Positions 19,157-28,719 of a DNA stretch of 64,000 bases are shown here, piece by piece. Each line of letters begins with the position of its first letter. The first letter of the stretch is position 1. The position numbers and the translations under genes are program-made. Origin of the DNA: Pseudomonadota bacterium (lineage in GTDB: Bacteria; Myxococcota; JACRCW01; JAFGSX01); assembly GCA_043821645.1 (NCBI GenBank), contig JBDRCO010000132.1, positions 1 through 64,000 of the forward strand. Direction: 5' to 3'. The notes under the pieces are model-generated. The model worked only from the letters and a program-made list of their open reading frames with translations. It made no database searches and was not told the origin of the DNA.

Positions 19157-20439
19157 GGGCACTCCGGCAGGTGGTCGACGAGCCCAGGGAAGCGTTCCCC
19201 GAGAACCTCGCAGATCCTGACTGTCCAGGTAGGCTCCACATTGTCGGTGAAGCGGGCGAGGACCCGCGCCAGGTCGAAGTCCCGGGCCCGCCCAAGATCA
19301 TTCTTCAGATCGCGGAGCGTCTGTGTCAGCGCCGGAGCCAGGCTCCCGCGCACGCGCTCGAGATCGACGGTGGCCCCGGGTGCTGGCCTCGCCATCTGCC
19401 ACAGGGTGCCCGCCCAGATCGTTCCCAGGTGGTATGGATTCCAGCTCGACGTGCCAAGCTGGTGACGCCCTCCGTCCTCGGTGACGACCTCGAGCTGCCG
19501 CGAGGCCGCCTCCTCGAACACAAGGTCATAGACCTCCCGCGCACCCCGCGCGCCCTCGAGATCGCGCTCCTCCCCCACGAGGGCACCGAGGCTCGCATCG
19601 CCAAATCGTGATCGCCCGGCAAAGCTCGCGGCCAGGAAATCCGCGCTGCCCTCGTTGAGCGCCATCAGCAGGTTGTAGCCCTGCCAGTCCTGCGGTCCCA
19701 TGGCGTCCTGCCGCGCAAAGGCATCGAGCAGGTCCAGCATCAACGTCTCTCCGACGACGCTGTGCCGAAACACCCTGTGCGACAGCTCGTGCGCGAGGAC
19801 CTCGGCGTCGATGGCCAGGGGCAGGCCCGAGAGCTGGAGATCCGGGAGCAGCACCAGCAGGTCCGCGAACTGCACGTAGGCCGCGTTGTCGGACACCAGG
19901 TAGGGCAGCAGCACGCCCGAGTCCACGTCGAGCGTGCAGTGAAAGCAGACCTCGAGCGTGGAGCGCGTGGCCAGGGTCGCATCCAGAGGCCGAAGGAACT
20001 CCAGGACCTGTTCGAGGGCGTGGTAGGCGCTCACCATGAGCAAGGACTCGTGGTCATCCGGCACAGCGACGCCATCCACCACCGTGTATCGAAGCTGCAC
20101 GGCCCGCCCCGGGTTCGCGCGCGCGAGGGTCTGTGCCGCCTCCTCATCCAGGGGTGCGGCCTGCTGAAAGCGCAGACCATCGAGCACGATCTGGCCGCCG
20201 CCACGCAGGATCAGCTCCTGTGACTGCAGTGTCTCCAGGTCCGGCTGGGTGCGAAGGGTCACGGCGCGCAGGCTGTGACTTCCGTCCGCATCCCGATCCA
20301 GGACCAGCACGCGCTGCGGAACCCCATCGCAGGCACAGAGCAGGAGCATGGCCAGAGCACAGGAACCCCGAGCACATCGTCGTGGGCGACCCACTGCAGC
20401 TCCGGTCGTGCGGCCTCGACTGCCTGCCGTTGTGTTCAA
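19153..20439 (-). CDS. Lipoprotein zinc metallopeptidase (gluzincin, M4/M36-like)
   Basis: Lipobox-like 'LLLCAC'; 'DNAAY', 'HELSH' and a downstream 'NEGSAD'. Confidence 0.72.
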   Translation of the reverse strand: MNTTAGSRGRTTGAAVGRPRRCARGSCALAMLLLCACDGVPQRVLVLDRDADGSHSLRAVTLRTQPDLETLQSQELILRGGGQIVLDGLRFQQAAPLDEEAAQTLARANPGRAVQLRYTVVDGVAVPDDHESLLMVSAYHALEQVLEFLRPLDATLATRSTLEVCFHCTLDVDSGVLLPYLVSDNAAYVQFADLLVLLPDLQLSGLPLAIDAEVLAHELSHRVFRHSVVGETLMLDLLDAFARQDAMGPQDWQGYNLLMALNEGSADFLAASFAGRSRFGDASLGALVGEERDLEGARGAREVYDLVFEEAASRQLEVVTEDGGRHQLGTSSWNPYHLGTIWAGTLWQMARPAPGATVDLERVRGSLAPALTQTLRDLKNDLGRARDFDLARVLARFTDNVEPTWTVRICEVLGERFPGLVDHLPECP

Positions 20440-22178
20440 GGGGACTCTCCGGCAGCAGGTCGGGACAGGGGGGCCAGTCTGCGCCGGACCTGCTGCACCA
20501 CGGGATCCTCTGAACTCATCTCGATCGCACGTTCCAGACTCTGTTGCGCATGCTCGCTGTCACCCAGGATCGCCGCGGCCTGAGCCTCCAGTGCCACGAT
20601 CCTGGCCACCTGCGGCCAGGCCTGACGCGCCAGCGCGATCTGCCGCCAGGTCCCGGCAGCGTCGTGAACGACCGCCAGGCTCACCGCATACTCTGCGCGC
20701 AGGATGGCGTCTCCTGGACGGCGCTCCACGGCACGCCGCATCCAGTCCGCGGCCTGGGGCGCACGCACGGCTCCCAGCTCCGGACAGCTGTGCAGGACGA
20801 TGGCGACATGGCGAGCCAGCTCGGCGTCGATAAACAACCATCGTGCTGCACGCTGTGCGAGATCTCTTTTGTCCGCACAGGGGGTCGCCTGGTCGGACGC
20901 CATGCGCAGAACCTGTGCGCTGGCGCTCCAGCAGGTCAGGGCCAGAGCGACCACGGCGATGGGCACCAACACGAGGTGGCGGCGATCGCGTCGTGCCTCG
21001 GACGCCGGACCGACGGTGAGGGCAGCAGCACACCACAGCACCAGCTGGTTCTCACCAAACAAGAGGTCATAGTCGATCAGGCCATGCGCGAGGCCCGCCA
21101 GCAGCCCCACGCCTGCAGCCAGTGCCAGCGGATCCGCCTCCGGCGCCCGGAACCGGGCGACAACGTGCCACAGCAAGCCGAACACGAGTCCCACGGCCAG
21201 CAGCAATCCAACGGCACCGCCGTCGCTGGCACTCTGCCCCAGCAATCCATGCGCGTAGCGCGTCAGCGGAACGTTGTGGCGATGCACTGCCGAGGAGACC
21301 AGCCCAAAGGTGTCGGCTCCGTGACCTCGCACCGGCGCGTCGACCAGGGAGCCAAAGGCCACTGCCTGGTTGTGGAAGCGTTCCTGAGCGCGTCGCGTTG
21401 CGCCCTGAATCCGGGGCGCGGCCACCAGGATGGCAACGAGGACGCCGAGAACAGCGGTTATCAGGGCGGCCCTTCGCGAGGACAAGGACAAGAGCTTCCA
21501 CCCGGCTATTGGCAACGCCACGCTCAACAGAGCGAAGCCTCCACCCACCGAGCGCGTCAGGATCAGGGCGATGCACACCAGCAGCGAGCAAATAGCCGCG
21601 AGAACCCGGCGCGCGGCGTGCTCTGTCCACAGCAAACCAAGTCCGACCGGCAACGCCACCACCAGCGCACCCGCCAGCATGTCCGGCGCGAAGAAAGAAC
21701 CAAACACACGCCCTGCGAGGGCGGTTCTCTCGACACGGGGTTCTACGATCACGGTCCCGGCCGCAATGGCTTCGCGCAGGGCCGGGAATCCCAGCAGCGC
21801 CTGCCGCAGCGCGATGGCAGAGACCAGGGCCGCACCGATCAGCACACTCCAAGCCAGGAGACGACGCCACGGGTCGCGGAGCCCAGTCATGCCGAGGGCG
21901 AGGCCACAGCAGGCACACAGCACGAGCGAGACCGCGAGGGACCTCCCTGGATCCTCGCTCCACAGCACCGAGAGTCCCTGCCACAGCGCAAGGCCGCCAG
22001 CCGCCCACAGCCCGGAAGCTCTTTGCAGGGTCGGCGCGGTGGACCACAGCAAAGGAAGGCAGCACAGGAGTGCAAGAAGGGCCCACACCGCAGCCAGGCC
22101 TGGATCCTCCATGTCCGCGAACAACCATCGTGCAACGATGAGAGCCAGGGCCAGGGCGCGCCAGGCAGACAGCCTCAC
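20436..22178 (-). CDS. O-antigen ligase / O-oligosaccharyltransferase-like membrane protein with C-terminal TPR-like region
   Basis: Wzy_C-type motifs 'RVFGSF..PD.LAG', 'LTRSVGG', 'GHGADTF', 'YAHG', 'HGLIDY'; helical C-terminus. Confidence 0.75.
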   Translation of the reverse strand: MRLSAWRALALALIVARWLFADMEDPGLAAVWALLALLCCLPLLWSTAPTLQRASGLWAAGGLALWQGLSVLWSEDPGRSLAVSLVLCACCGLALGMTGLRDPWRRLLAWSVLIGAALVSAIALRQALLGFPALREAIAAGTVIVEPRVERTALAGRVFGSFFAPDMLAGALVVALPVGLGLLWTEHAARRVLAAICSLLVCIALILTRSVGGGFALLSVALPIAGWKLLSLSSRRAALITAVLGVLVAILVAAPRIQGATRRAQERFHNQAVAFGSLVDAPVRGHGADTFGLVSSAVHRHNVPLTRYAHGLLGQSASDGGAVGLLLAVGLVFGLLWHVVARFRAPEADPLALAAGVGLLAGLAHGLIDYDLLFGENQLVLWCAAALTVGPASEARRDRRHLVLVPIAVVALALTCWSASAQVLRMASDQATPCADKRDLAQRAARWLFIDAELARHVAIVLHSCPELGAVRAPQAADWMRRAVERRPGDAILRAEYAVSLAVVHDAAGTWRQIALARQAWPQVARIVALEAQAAAILGDSEHAQQSLERAIEMSSEDPVVQQVRRRLAPLSRPAAGESP

Positions 22179-22939
22179 TTGAGATCTCGCTGTCCAAAGG
22201 CAAGAGCGGCCAGCAGCAAGAAGGCTCCGCTCCAGAGCAGGGCATAAAGACCGGTCCCCAGCATCGCCGAGCCGGGTGGCATGGGGAGCTGCGCATCGAG
22301 GTCGAAGCGCGTGAGGTCGGGCAAGGCGTGCATCATGCCGCTGCTCAGACCCCTGTAAATGGAATCCGGAAAGCGGTCTGCCAGTTCTGCCATGCTGCGG
22401 CCCAGGCGGCCGACGACGAACAGCAGCACACTGTAGATGGCCGCGCTGTTCGTGTTGGCAAGCGATGCAAACATCAAGGCAAAAGCCCCGGCCAGCATGA
22501 ACTCGAAGAACAAGAACAGGATCGAATAGACCCGGGCCAGGGTTGGAGCGGTGAACGGCCCCCCGGCCGCGACCAGCAGATACAGCACTGTCGAGCCAAG
22601 GAGATTGAGCAGCAGGACCGCGACCAGCCCGAGGTACTTGCCTGCTATCACCTCCAGGCGGGTGACAGGTCGAGCCAGCACCATGTGCAGCGTCTTGCGC
22701 TCGATGTCCGTGGCGAGCAACTGGATCCCGACGAAGATGGCCACCATCGATCCACTGATGCTCAGGGCAGCATGAGCGATATCGTGAAAGACTCGCCCCG
22801 CATCGCCCATGCTCCCGGCATCGACGACAGCTCCCCCCAGCAGCAGCACCGAATAGAAGGCGAGCAGGTTCAGGAACAGACGTGAGCGCACCGCCTCCTG
22901 GAACGAAGCCCGGGCGACCACGAGAACACGCGTGCTCAT
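22175..22939 (-). CDS. pilI: ABC transporter permease (PilI-like)
   Basis: 'DIERKTLHMVLARPVTR..I.GKYLG', C-terminal 'FGQRDL'; lies downstream of the pilins and pilH. Confidence 0.8.
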   Translation of the reverse strand: MSTRVLVVARASFQEAVRSRLFLNLLAFYSVLLLGGAVVDAGSMGDAGRVFHDIAHAALSISGSMVAIFVGIQLLATDIERKTLHMVLARPVTRLEVIAGKYLGLVAVLLLNLLGSTVLYLLVAAGGPFTAPTLARVYSILFLFFEFMLAGAFALMFASLANTNSAAIYSVLLFVVGRLGRSMAELADRFPDSIYRGLSSGMMHALPDLTRFDLDAQLPMPPGSAMLGTGLYALLWSGAFLLLAALAFGQRDLK

Positions 22940-23871
22940 GATCTGGCCTCCGCGCTGCGATCGCGCTCGAGTTCGCGGACCACCACGTCCTCGAGACTCG
23001 AGCGCATGGGTATCACGGAGACGATCTGCCCTCGCTCGCGTGCCCAGTCGAGCACCTGCGGCAACTGGGATTCCTGCGGCACCGTGATGCGAAGGACATC
23101 GCCGACGCGGTCACTATGCAGCCCGTCGGGTCCGCTGCTCGTCATGTGGGCCTGAGACAGCCGGACAAGGACCTCGCTGCCGGTCAGCCCACCCCGCATC
23201 AGATCGTCCACCTTGCCCACGCGCACGATGTGGCCGTGCGCCATGAGCGCGACCCGATCACAGAGCACCTCGACGTCCGGCATGACGTGCGTGGAGAAAA
23301 AAACCGTCGTGCCATTGCGCTTGAGATCCAGGATCACATTGCGCACCAGCTGGCGCCCGACGGGATCCAGCCCGCTCATGGGCTCGTCGAGGATCACCAG
23401 CCGCGGTGGGCCCAGGAGCGCCTGCGCAAGTCCCACGCGCTGCAGCATGCCCTTGGAAAAGGTCCGAAGCAGCCCGTGCTGGCGATCTGCCAGACCGACG
23501 CGCTGGAGGATGATCGGGATATCGCGTGCCAGCTCGTTCCGCCCCATCCCGGCAAGCCGCCCGGATAACTCGAGCAGCTCACCCGCCCGGATGTATCCAT
23601 AAAAATTTGGCAGCTCGGGCAGGTAGCCAAGACGCTGACGACTTGCCAGCGAACCGATGGGATGCCCGAGCACGGACCCCTGACCCCGGGTCGGACGGAC
23701 CAGCCCCAGAAGCATGTGGATGGTGGTCGACTTGCCGGCACCGTTGGGACCGACGAAGCCAAAGACCTCACCCTCGTGGACCTCGAAGCTGCAGTCGCGC
23801 ACTGCCTCGAACCGCTGGCCGCGGAGACCGACTCGAAAGATCTTCGTCAACTGCTGCGCCACGATCACCAT
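22936..23871 (-). CDS. pilH: ABC transporter ATP-binding protein (PilH-like)
   Basis: Walker A GPNGAGKST, signature FSKGM, Walker B VILDEP; ATG at 23871. Confidence 0.88.
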   Translation of the reverse strand: MVIVAQQLTKIFRVGLRGQRFEAVRDCSFEVHEGEVFGFVGPNGAGKSTTIHMLLGLVRPTRGQGSVLGHPIGSLASRQRLGYLPELPNFYGYIRAGELLELSGRLAGMGRNELARDIPIILQRVGLADRQHGLLRTFSKGMLQRVGLAQALLGPPRLVILDEPMSGLDPVGRQLVRNVILDLKRNGTTVFFSTHVMPDVEVLCDRVALMAHGHIVRVGKVDDLMRGGLTGSEVLVRLSQAHMTSSGPDGLHSDRVGDVLRITVPQESQLPQVLDWARERGQIVSVIPMRSSLEDVVVRELERDRSAEARS

Positions 23872-24743
23872 TGCTTCAACTCCTCCACAGCCGATGCGGG
23901 CAGGTGAACACGCAGCCTCTTCCTGCGCGTGGAGCTGGTCACCTTCCCGTCGCCATCGAGGCCCCACCTCCCACCATAGGGGTCCTCGGGTAGCCCTGGG
24001 AGCACACCCTGCTCCACCAGCACGCTCAGGGACGCCGGGGCGTGGCCGAGGCGCTGCGCGTAGCTGGCAGACGCTGCCTCGAGCAGCTGGTAGTTGCACT
24101 CCCACACGATGTGGCGACGACGCTCGTCGAGTCGATCGCGCACCATGGGATCGTGCGCCTGCGCCTGCAGCTGGGCAAGCCACTGCAGCGACTGCACGCA
24201 GTTGCCAGTGCTGGCTGCGATGCTGGTGGCGAGCGCCTGCAGGTAGGGCGGGCAATCTGGCAGGCTGGCGGCAGCCATGAAGTAGCGCGCGGCACGAGGC
24301 AGGTCCTCGCGATACACCATGGCGTTGAAACCAAGGTAGAAGGGGAATCTCCAGTCCCGCGTGAAGCGCTGTGCACCTCGCTCAAGCAGCACGTCTGCAG
24401 CCTCGACGCCCTCCAGCGAGGTGGTGAGCGCCAGGCCACCGAAAAGGTAGGCCGAACGGAAATGAGGATCCAGGGTCACCACGCGATCCAGAGTGCTCGC
24501 GAGACGCGCGTAGCGCACCTCTGCCCCTTCCTTCCCACCGTAATACGAGGTGGCGTCGAGCCAGGCCAGATCCGCAGACAGCCAGCGGTGGCCCAGAGTG
24601 AGTGCCAGCAGAAACTCGGCAGGAGGCGCGATCACCTCGTTCACCTGGGCAGCGTGAGGCGGCAACTGTAGGCGCACCACATCCGCCAGACTGATCAATC
24701 CGAGACTGGCGACGAGTAATGGGAGCGACGTGCGCACCGTCAT
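23865..24743 (-). CDS. pilG: PilG/XapA-like TPR-type pilus accessory protein
   Basis: 'ADLAWL...YYG', 'LDPHF..AY..GG', 'LLERG....DW.FP..LGF', 'P.DPYGG'; position upstream of pilH/pilI. Confidence 0.68.
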   Translation of the reverse strand: MTVRTSLPLLVASLGLISLADVVRLQLPPHAAQVNEVIAPPAEFLLALTLGHRWLSADLAWLDATSYYGGKEGAEVRYARLASTLDRVVTLDPHFRSAYLFGGLALTTSLEGVEAADVLLERGAQRFTRDWRFPFYLGFNAMVYREDLPRAARYFMAAASLPDCPPYLQALATSIAASTGNCVQSLQWLAQLQAQAHDPMVRDRLDERRRHIVWECNYQLLEAASASYAQRLGHAPASLSVLVEQGVLPGLPEDPYGGRWGLDGDGKVTSSTRRKRLRVHLPASAVEELKQW

Positions 24744-24809
24744 GCGCAGCGATGTTAGCGCATCTGTCCGAGGTCACCAAGCCTGCATCGGAACTCGCGG
24801 CCGGGTGTG

Positions 24810-27800
24810 TCACCGGGCCTCGTCGTCGAGAACCTCACTCAGTAGCAGACGCCTGGCGGAGTCGGGATCGGGAGCGCGCTGGACAAACTCCGCGGCCACC
24901 CGGCTGGCCTGGGTGGTGTCTCCCGCACGGTGCAGGGACCGGACGAGGTGCACTGTGGCCTCGAGATCGTCCCGCGCCATGTCGAGCACGGCGCGATTCA
25001 AGCGTTGCACGGTCCCCGCATCCCCGGCCTTTTCCGCCTGCATCGCCCAGTGGTGCAGTCGCTGCTGGCGCTGAGCAAGGGCCTGCAACCAGCGCCGGGC
25101 AAGCTGGACGAGCACACTGGGGTCCGCCTGTTTCGCACCCACCAAAAGGGCCGCCTGGAGCGCATCCGGGTCCATGGTCTCCTCGACGCGGACGCGGGCA
25201 AGGAGGGTGGCGAGGATGGGGTGGCCTCGTTCAGCCGCCCAGCGCATGGCTGGCCCCGGAGGGGCTGGCGCAGACCACCGGTCCAGGGCTGGACGATAGA
25301 ACTCCTCGGGATCGCGGCCCAGGCAGGCCACAAGGAGACCGCGAAGCAGCAAGTCCTCTGGGCGTGGCGTGGGGATGCGCTCGACCTGTTCGAGACCAAG
25401 GGCACACCTGCGTCGTTCCAGATTCAGCAGCGCGGCAAAGCGCGCGGCCCGCTGGGCGCCCTCATCGTCTGGTTGGTCGCGGCAGATCCTGTCCAGCCCC
25501 AGCAACGCCTCCTCGATCTGGCCATCCACGATAAGCCTGCGGGCTTGCAGGTAGTGGCTCATGCACGGGCCGACGGCCCCGGAGGCGGCCTCGACGGCAA
25601 GCCGGGTGACCGACGGCCAGACCGCATCACGGCGCAGGCCTTCCTCCGGGATACCCGTGATCCACGCAGGCATTCCGCCCGGCGTCATCAGCCGGCGCTC
25701 GGCCGCGCTGAGAAGAAACGCCCGGAATGCACTCTCATCCCCTGTCAGCCAACCCGGGGCGGGACCAAGACGATCCAGCAGTGCCGGCTGCATGGCCGAG
25801 AGATCGATGTAGCGGTCCGCAGCCACGTGCGCGAGGTGGGTCTCGATCAGGGCATCCCGGTCCCTGTTGCGGGGGGTCACGGCTCCGGCCGGTGGAGCCC
25901 CGCTGAGAACAACCAGCGCCAGCAGGTCCTCGACGGTCCGCGGGCTGGCGCCACACAGGGCTGTCAACTCCGGGCGCTGCAAAACGTGTGCGACCCGGTC
26001 CGCGTCCAGCACGAGAGCGCCACGTGTCCCGGCGAGATAGAACAGGCCACGCTGCTCGGCTGCCAGGAGCACGACCTCGTCGAACACCGCACTCATGCTA
26101 TGCACAACGCCGCGGAGCACCTCCTCTGTCATGCGCTGCGTGTTGATCCACTGGAAATAGACGCCCCCCTCGGTCAGGGACTCCTGGGCCAGCCGGTAGA
26201 ACTCCTCGGTGGCCAGGTTGCCGACGCCACTCAGCCACCAGTGCGTCGGCTGCGACGCGATCACGTCGTAGCGAGCCGGCACGGCAGCGTAGTGGTTCCG
26301 CTGCAGCAGATCCCGACCGTCGTCCTGGAGGATGCGCACTCCCGGAAGCTGCTCCGCCGGCGGTACACCATCGGAGACATGACGCAGGGCCTCGACCACG
26401 CGCGGCTCGATCTCGACGACGTCGACCTGCTCCACTCCAGCGGCAACCAGGGCCTCGGCGGTCACGCCGCCCCCGAGTCCTATCACCAGCGCCCGCGATC
26501 GGTGCCGCGCCAGAGCTGCGGGTATGGAGCCCAGGAGCACGGATTCTCGGCTGTAACGAGGCCTGGAGAGCTGTCGGCTCGCCTGTGGCAGGCCGTCGAT
26601 GTACAGCGTCCATGTCTTTGGCGGTTCTTCGACCAGGGTCACGGTGCCGTGCGCGCCTTCGGCAGCAAACACCGTCTGATCCGTGATCTGCTCGAGAGCA
26701 CCAAGGCTGCGCCACAGCGTGGCCCGAGGCACCACGCGCAACAGCGACAGGCGGGCCAGGTCCACGCCCGGCCAGGCCACACTGGCCAGCCCCAGGAGCC
26801 CCAGCGCGCCCACGACAAGGTGTCTCTTCGTGGCGCTCAAGCCTATGGCCACAGCGGTACTCAGGGCCACCAGCAGCACCAGGTAGAAAGACGCTGTGGT
26901 TCCGAGACGCGGGACCATGGCGGCGCCAACACCGAGCGAACCGATCACCGCTCCGACCGTGTTCGACGCCAGGAGACGCCCGACCAGGTGTCCGCCCCCC
27001 TCGTCGCCACACGCATCCACCACGGCCGGGAACAGGGCCCCGCTCAGACTGGCCACGGGAAGCAGCACGAGGCTGGACAGACCCACCCGCTGCAGCAGGG
27101 CCAGCAGGCCTCCACTGTCGCTGACGGCGAGACTCCACCAGCCCAGGACCGTCATCAGGGTGGTGGTGATCAGAGCCAGAGCCACCTGTGCCAGGATCAG
27201 GTACCCGATATGAGTCCAGCTCGGGCGGCCATGTCGTGACAGCCTGTGATAAAGCGCACTGCCGACGACCAGACCCAGCAGGTAGGTTGCCAGGACCGTG
27301 CTGATGGTCTCGAGGGTACCCATGAGCACGAGGTGCAGAGTTCTGAAGTACAGAACCTCGTAGCCCATACCCGTGAAACCCAGCACTGCAGCAAGCAGCA
27401 TTGCCGCGCGGGGTACCGTCGCTGTCACGGGAGATGCCCGGGCCAGCGACGGAGCACTGAGATTCCCTGCTCGACCTCTTTGCGCGAGCAGGATCAGCAC
27501 GGCTGCTGCAAGATCCAGGGCACATCCCACTGCGAGGGCTCCCAGGTGTCCCGCCAGCGCGATCAGCACCATTCCTGTGATCAGTGTTCCGAGCACCGCG
27601 CCGGCGGTGTTGACCGCATACAGAGCTGCAGTACGGCGACCGGTGCGATCCTGATCGAAGCCAGCCACCAGCAGCGGCAGGCTCATGCCCATGCCCAGCG
27701 CCGGAGGTGCGAGCAGGAGCATCGCGGCAGCGCCCTCGAACCAACTCTCGGCAGAGGGCCCAAGGCTCGTCGACACGGCGTACAGGACATGGCTGTGCTC

Positions 27801-28076
27801 GAGCAAGGGAAAGCTCAGCAAGGCCCAGCACCCGATGCTCACCTCCAGGACCGCATACAATCTCAACGGGTGCCGGATGCGCCTCGACAGCCGTGCCGCC
27901 AGACTGGAGCCCAATGCCATCCCCGTGAAGAACACGGCAGAGACCACCACCAGCGACTGCAGGGTCGAGCCAAAAGCCAGCCCGAAGCTACGGATCCACA
28001 CCGTCTCGAAAACGAGAGATGCTGCTCCAGAACAGGCTGCAGCAAGGAAGATGAGCTGTGATGAAGCGATTCTCAC
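24810..28076 (-). CDS. Polytopic membrane protein fused to a spermidine-synthase-like domain, with helical/TPR-like C-terminus
   Basis: 'SGAASLVFETVW.R', 'LYAVNTAGAVLG', repeated TM block, then 'ALVIGLGGG', 'VVEIEP', 'DDGR', 'YDVIASQP'. Confidence 0.8.
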   Translation of the reverse strand: MRIASSQLIFLAAACSGAASLVFETVWIRSFGLAFGSTLQSLVVVSAVFFTGMALGSSLAARLSRRIRHPLRLYAVLEVSIGCWALLSFPLLEHSHVLYAVSTSLGPSAESWFEGAAAMLLLAPPALGMGMSLPLLVAGFDQDRTGRRTAALYAVNTAGAVLGTLITGMVLIALAGHLGALAVGCALDLAAAVLILLAQRGRAGNLSAPSLARASPVTATVPRAAMLLAAVLGFTGMGYEVLYFRTLHLVLMGTLETISTVLATYLLGLVVGSALYHRLSRHGRPSWTHIGYLILAQVALALITTTLMTVLGWWSLAVSDSGGLLALLQRVGLSSLVLLPVASLSGALFPAVVDACGDEGGGHLVGRLLASNTVGAVIGSLGVGAAMVPRLGTTASFYLVLLVALSTAVAIGLSATKRHLVVGALGLLGLASVAWPGVDLARLSLLRVVPRATLWRSLGALEQITDQTVFAAEGAHGTVTLVEEPPKTWTLYIDGLPQASRQLSRPRYSRESVLLGSIPAALARHRSRALVIGLGGGVTAEALVAAGVEQVDVVEIEPRVVEALRHVSDGVPPAEQLPGVRILQDDGRDLLQRNHYAAVPARYDVIASQPTHWWLSGVGNLATEEFYRLAQESLTEGGVYFQWINTQRMTEEVLRGVVHSMSAVFDEVVLLAAEQRGLFYLAGTRGALVLDADRVAHVLQRPELTALCGASPRTVEDLLALVVLSGAPPAGAVTPRNRDRDALIETHLAHVAADRYIDLSAMQPALLDRLGPAPGWLTGDESAFRAFLLSAAERRLMTPGGMPAWITGIPEEGLRRDAVWPSVTRLAVEAASGAVGPCMSHYLQARRLIVDGQIEEALLGLDRICRDQPDDEGAQRAARFAALLNLERRRCALGLEQVERIPTPRPEDLLLRGLLVACLGRDPEEFYRPALDRWSAPAPPGPAMRWAAERGHPILATLLARVRVEETMDPDALQAALLVGAKQADPSVLVQLARRWLQALAQRQQRLHHWAMQAEKAGDAGTVQRLNRAVLDMARDDLEATVHLVRSLHRAGDTTQASRVAAEFVQRAPDPDSARRLLLSEVLDDEAR

Positions 28077-28150
28077 GCTGTCAAGCGTACATCTGGGCCC
28101 GTGCGATGGTCACACCATGGGCGAGGGCTGACGCGAAGGAAGGATGCGAG

Positions 28151-28570
28151 CTACGGGCAATAAGTTGTGGCATTCATGACCATGCCATTATTCCCGTTGT
28201 TTGCATTATAGTACCCGATGTTCCAGGTGCCATGGATGGGGTTGGTTGGCGTCGCCGTCGACAGGAAGGCTGTCGAGGTGTTGCTCACGGTGAACGTGTA
28301 GTACTTGCCGTAACCAACGTTACCGGAAGCGCCGTTAAGATCAAGACCGAACAGCTGGATTGAGTTCGAGAAGGTCTCTGTCTCACCGGCATAGGCGACG
28401 TTGGCCGTGTACACGCCCTTGAGCATGTTCTTGGCCTCAGAGGTCTTTGATTTGCACTGGAACTTCAGGAAGTTAGGGATGGCGATTGCCGCCAGCACGC
28501 CGATGATGGCCACCACGATCATGAGCTCGATGAGAGTGAAGCCTTTGCGGAAGCGCGTCCAGATTGCCAT
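28151..28570 (-). CDS. pilA: Type IVa major pilin
   Basis: Leader RKG|FTLIELMIVVAIIGVLAAIAIPNF; RBS AAGGAGG; sigma-54 promoter upstream. Confidence 0.93.
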   Translation of the reverse strand: MAIWTRFRKGFTLIELMIVVAIIGVLAAIAIPNFLKFQCKSKTSEAKNMLKGVYTANVAYAGETETFSNSIQLFGLDLNGASGNVGYGKYYTFTVSNTSTAFLSTATPTNPIHGTWNIGYYNANNGNNGMVMNATTYCP

Positions 28571-28617
28571 AGGGTTTTCCTCCTTGCCAAGGTTGGGTTT
28601 CGCTCAAGCTAGCATTA

Positions 28618-28633
28618 AGCAAGACCTGTTCCA
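28618..28633 (-). promoter_or_regulatory. Sigma-54 (-24/-12) promoter of pilA
   Basis: Minus strand TGGAACAGGTCTTGCT, which is GG-N10-GC and close to the consensus TGGCAC-N5-TTGCW. Confidence 0.82.
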
Positions 28634-28674
28634 AGAAAAATATCTGTAACTTCAAGACCGAATGCAGTGTGGAT

Positions 28675-28711
28675 GGCGAAAAACGTCAATGCGGGACGAC
28701 GTAAAATGTCA
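28675..28711. promoter_or_regulatory. Tandem candidate enhancer (PilR-type activator) sites
   Basis: GGCGAAAAACGTCA (28675-28688) and GACGTAAAATGTCA (28698-28711), upstream of the sigma-54 promoter. Confidence 0.45.
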
Positions 28712-28719
28712 CCTGGCTG

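Noticed and set aside
23297-23303. A7 tract in pilH as a phase-variation site
   Set aside because: Short, in frame, and encodes the conserved V-F-F-S before the H-loop.
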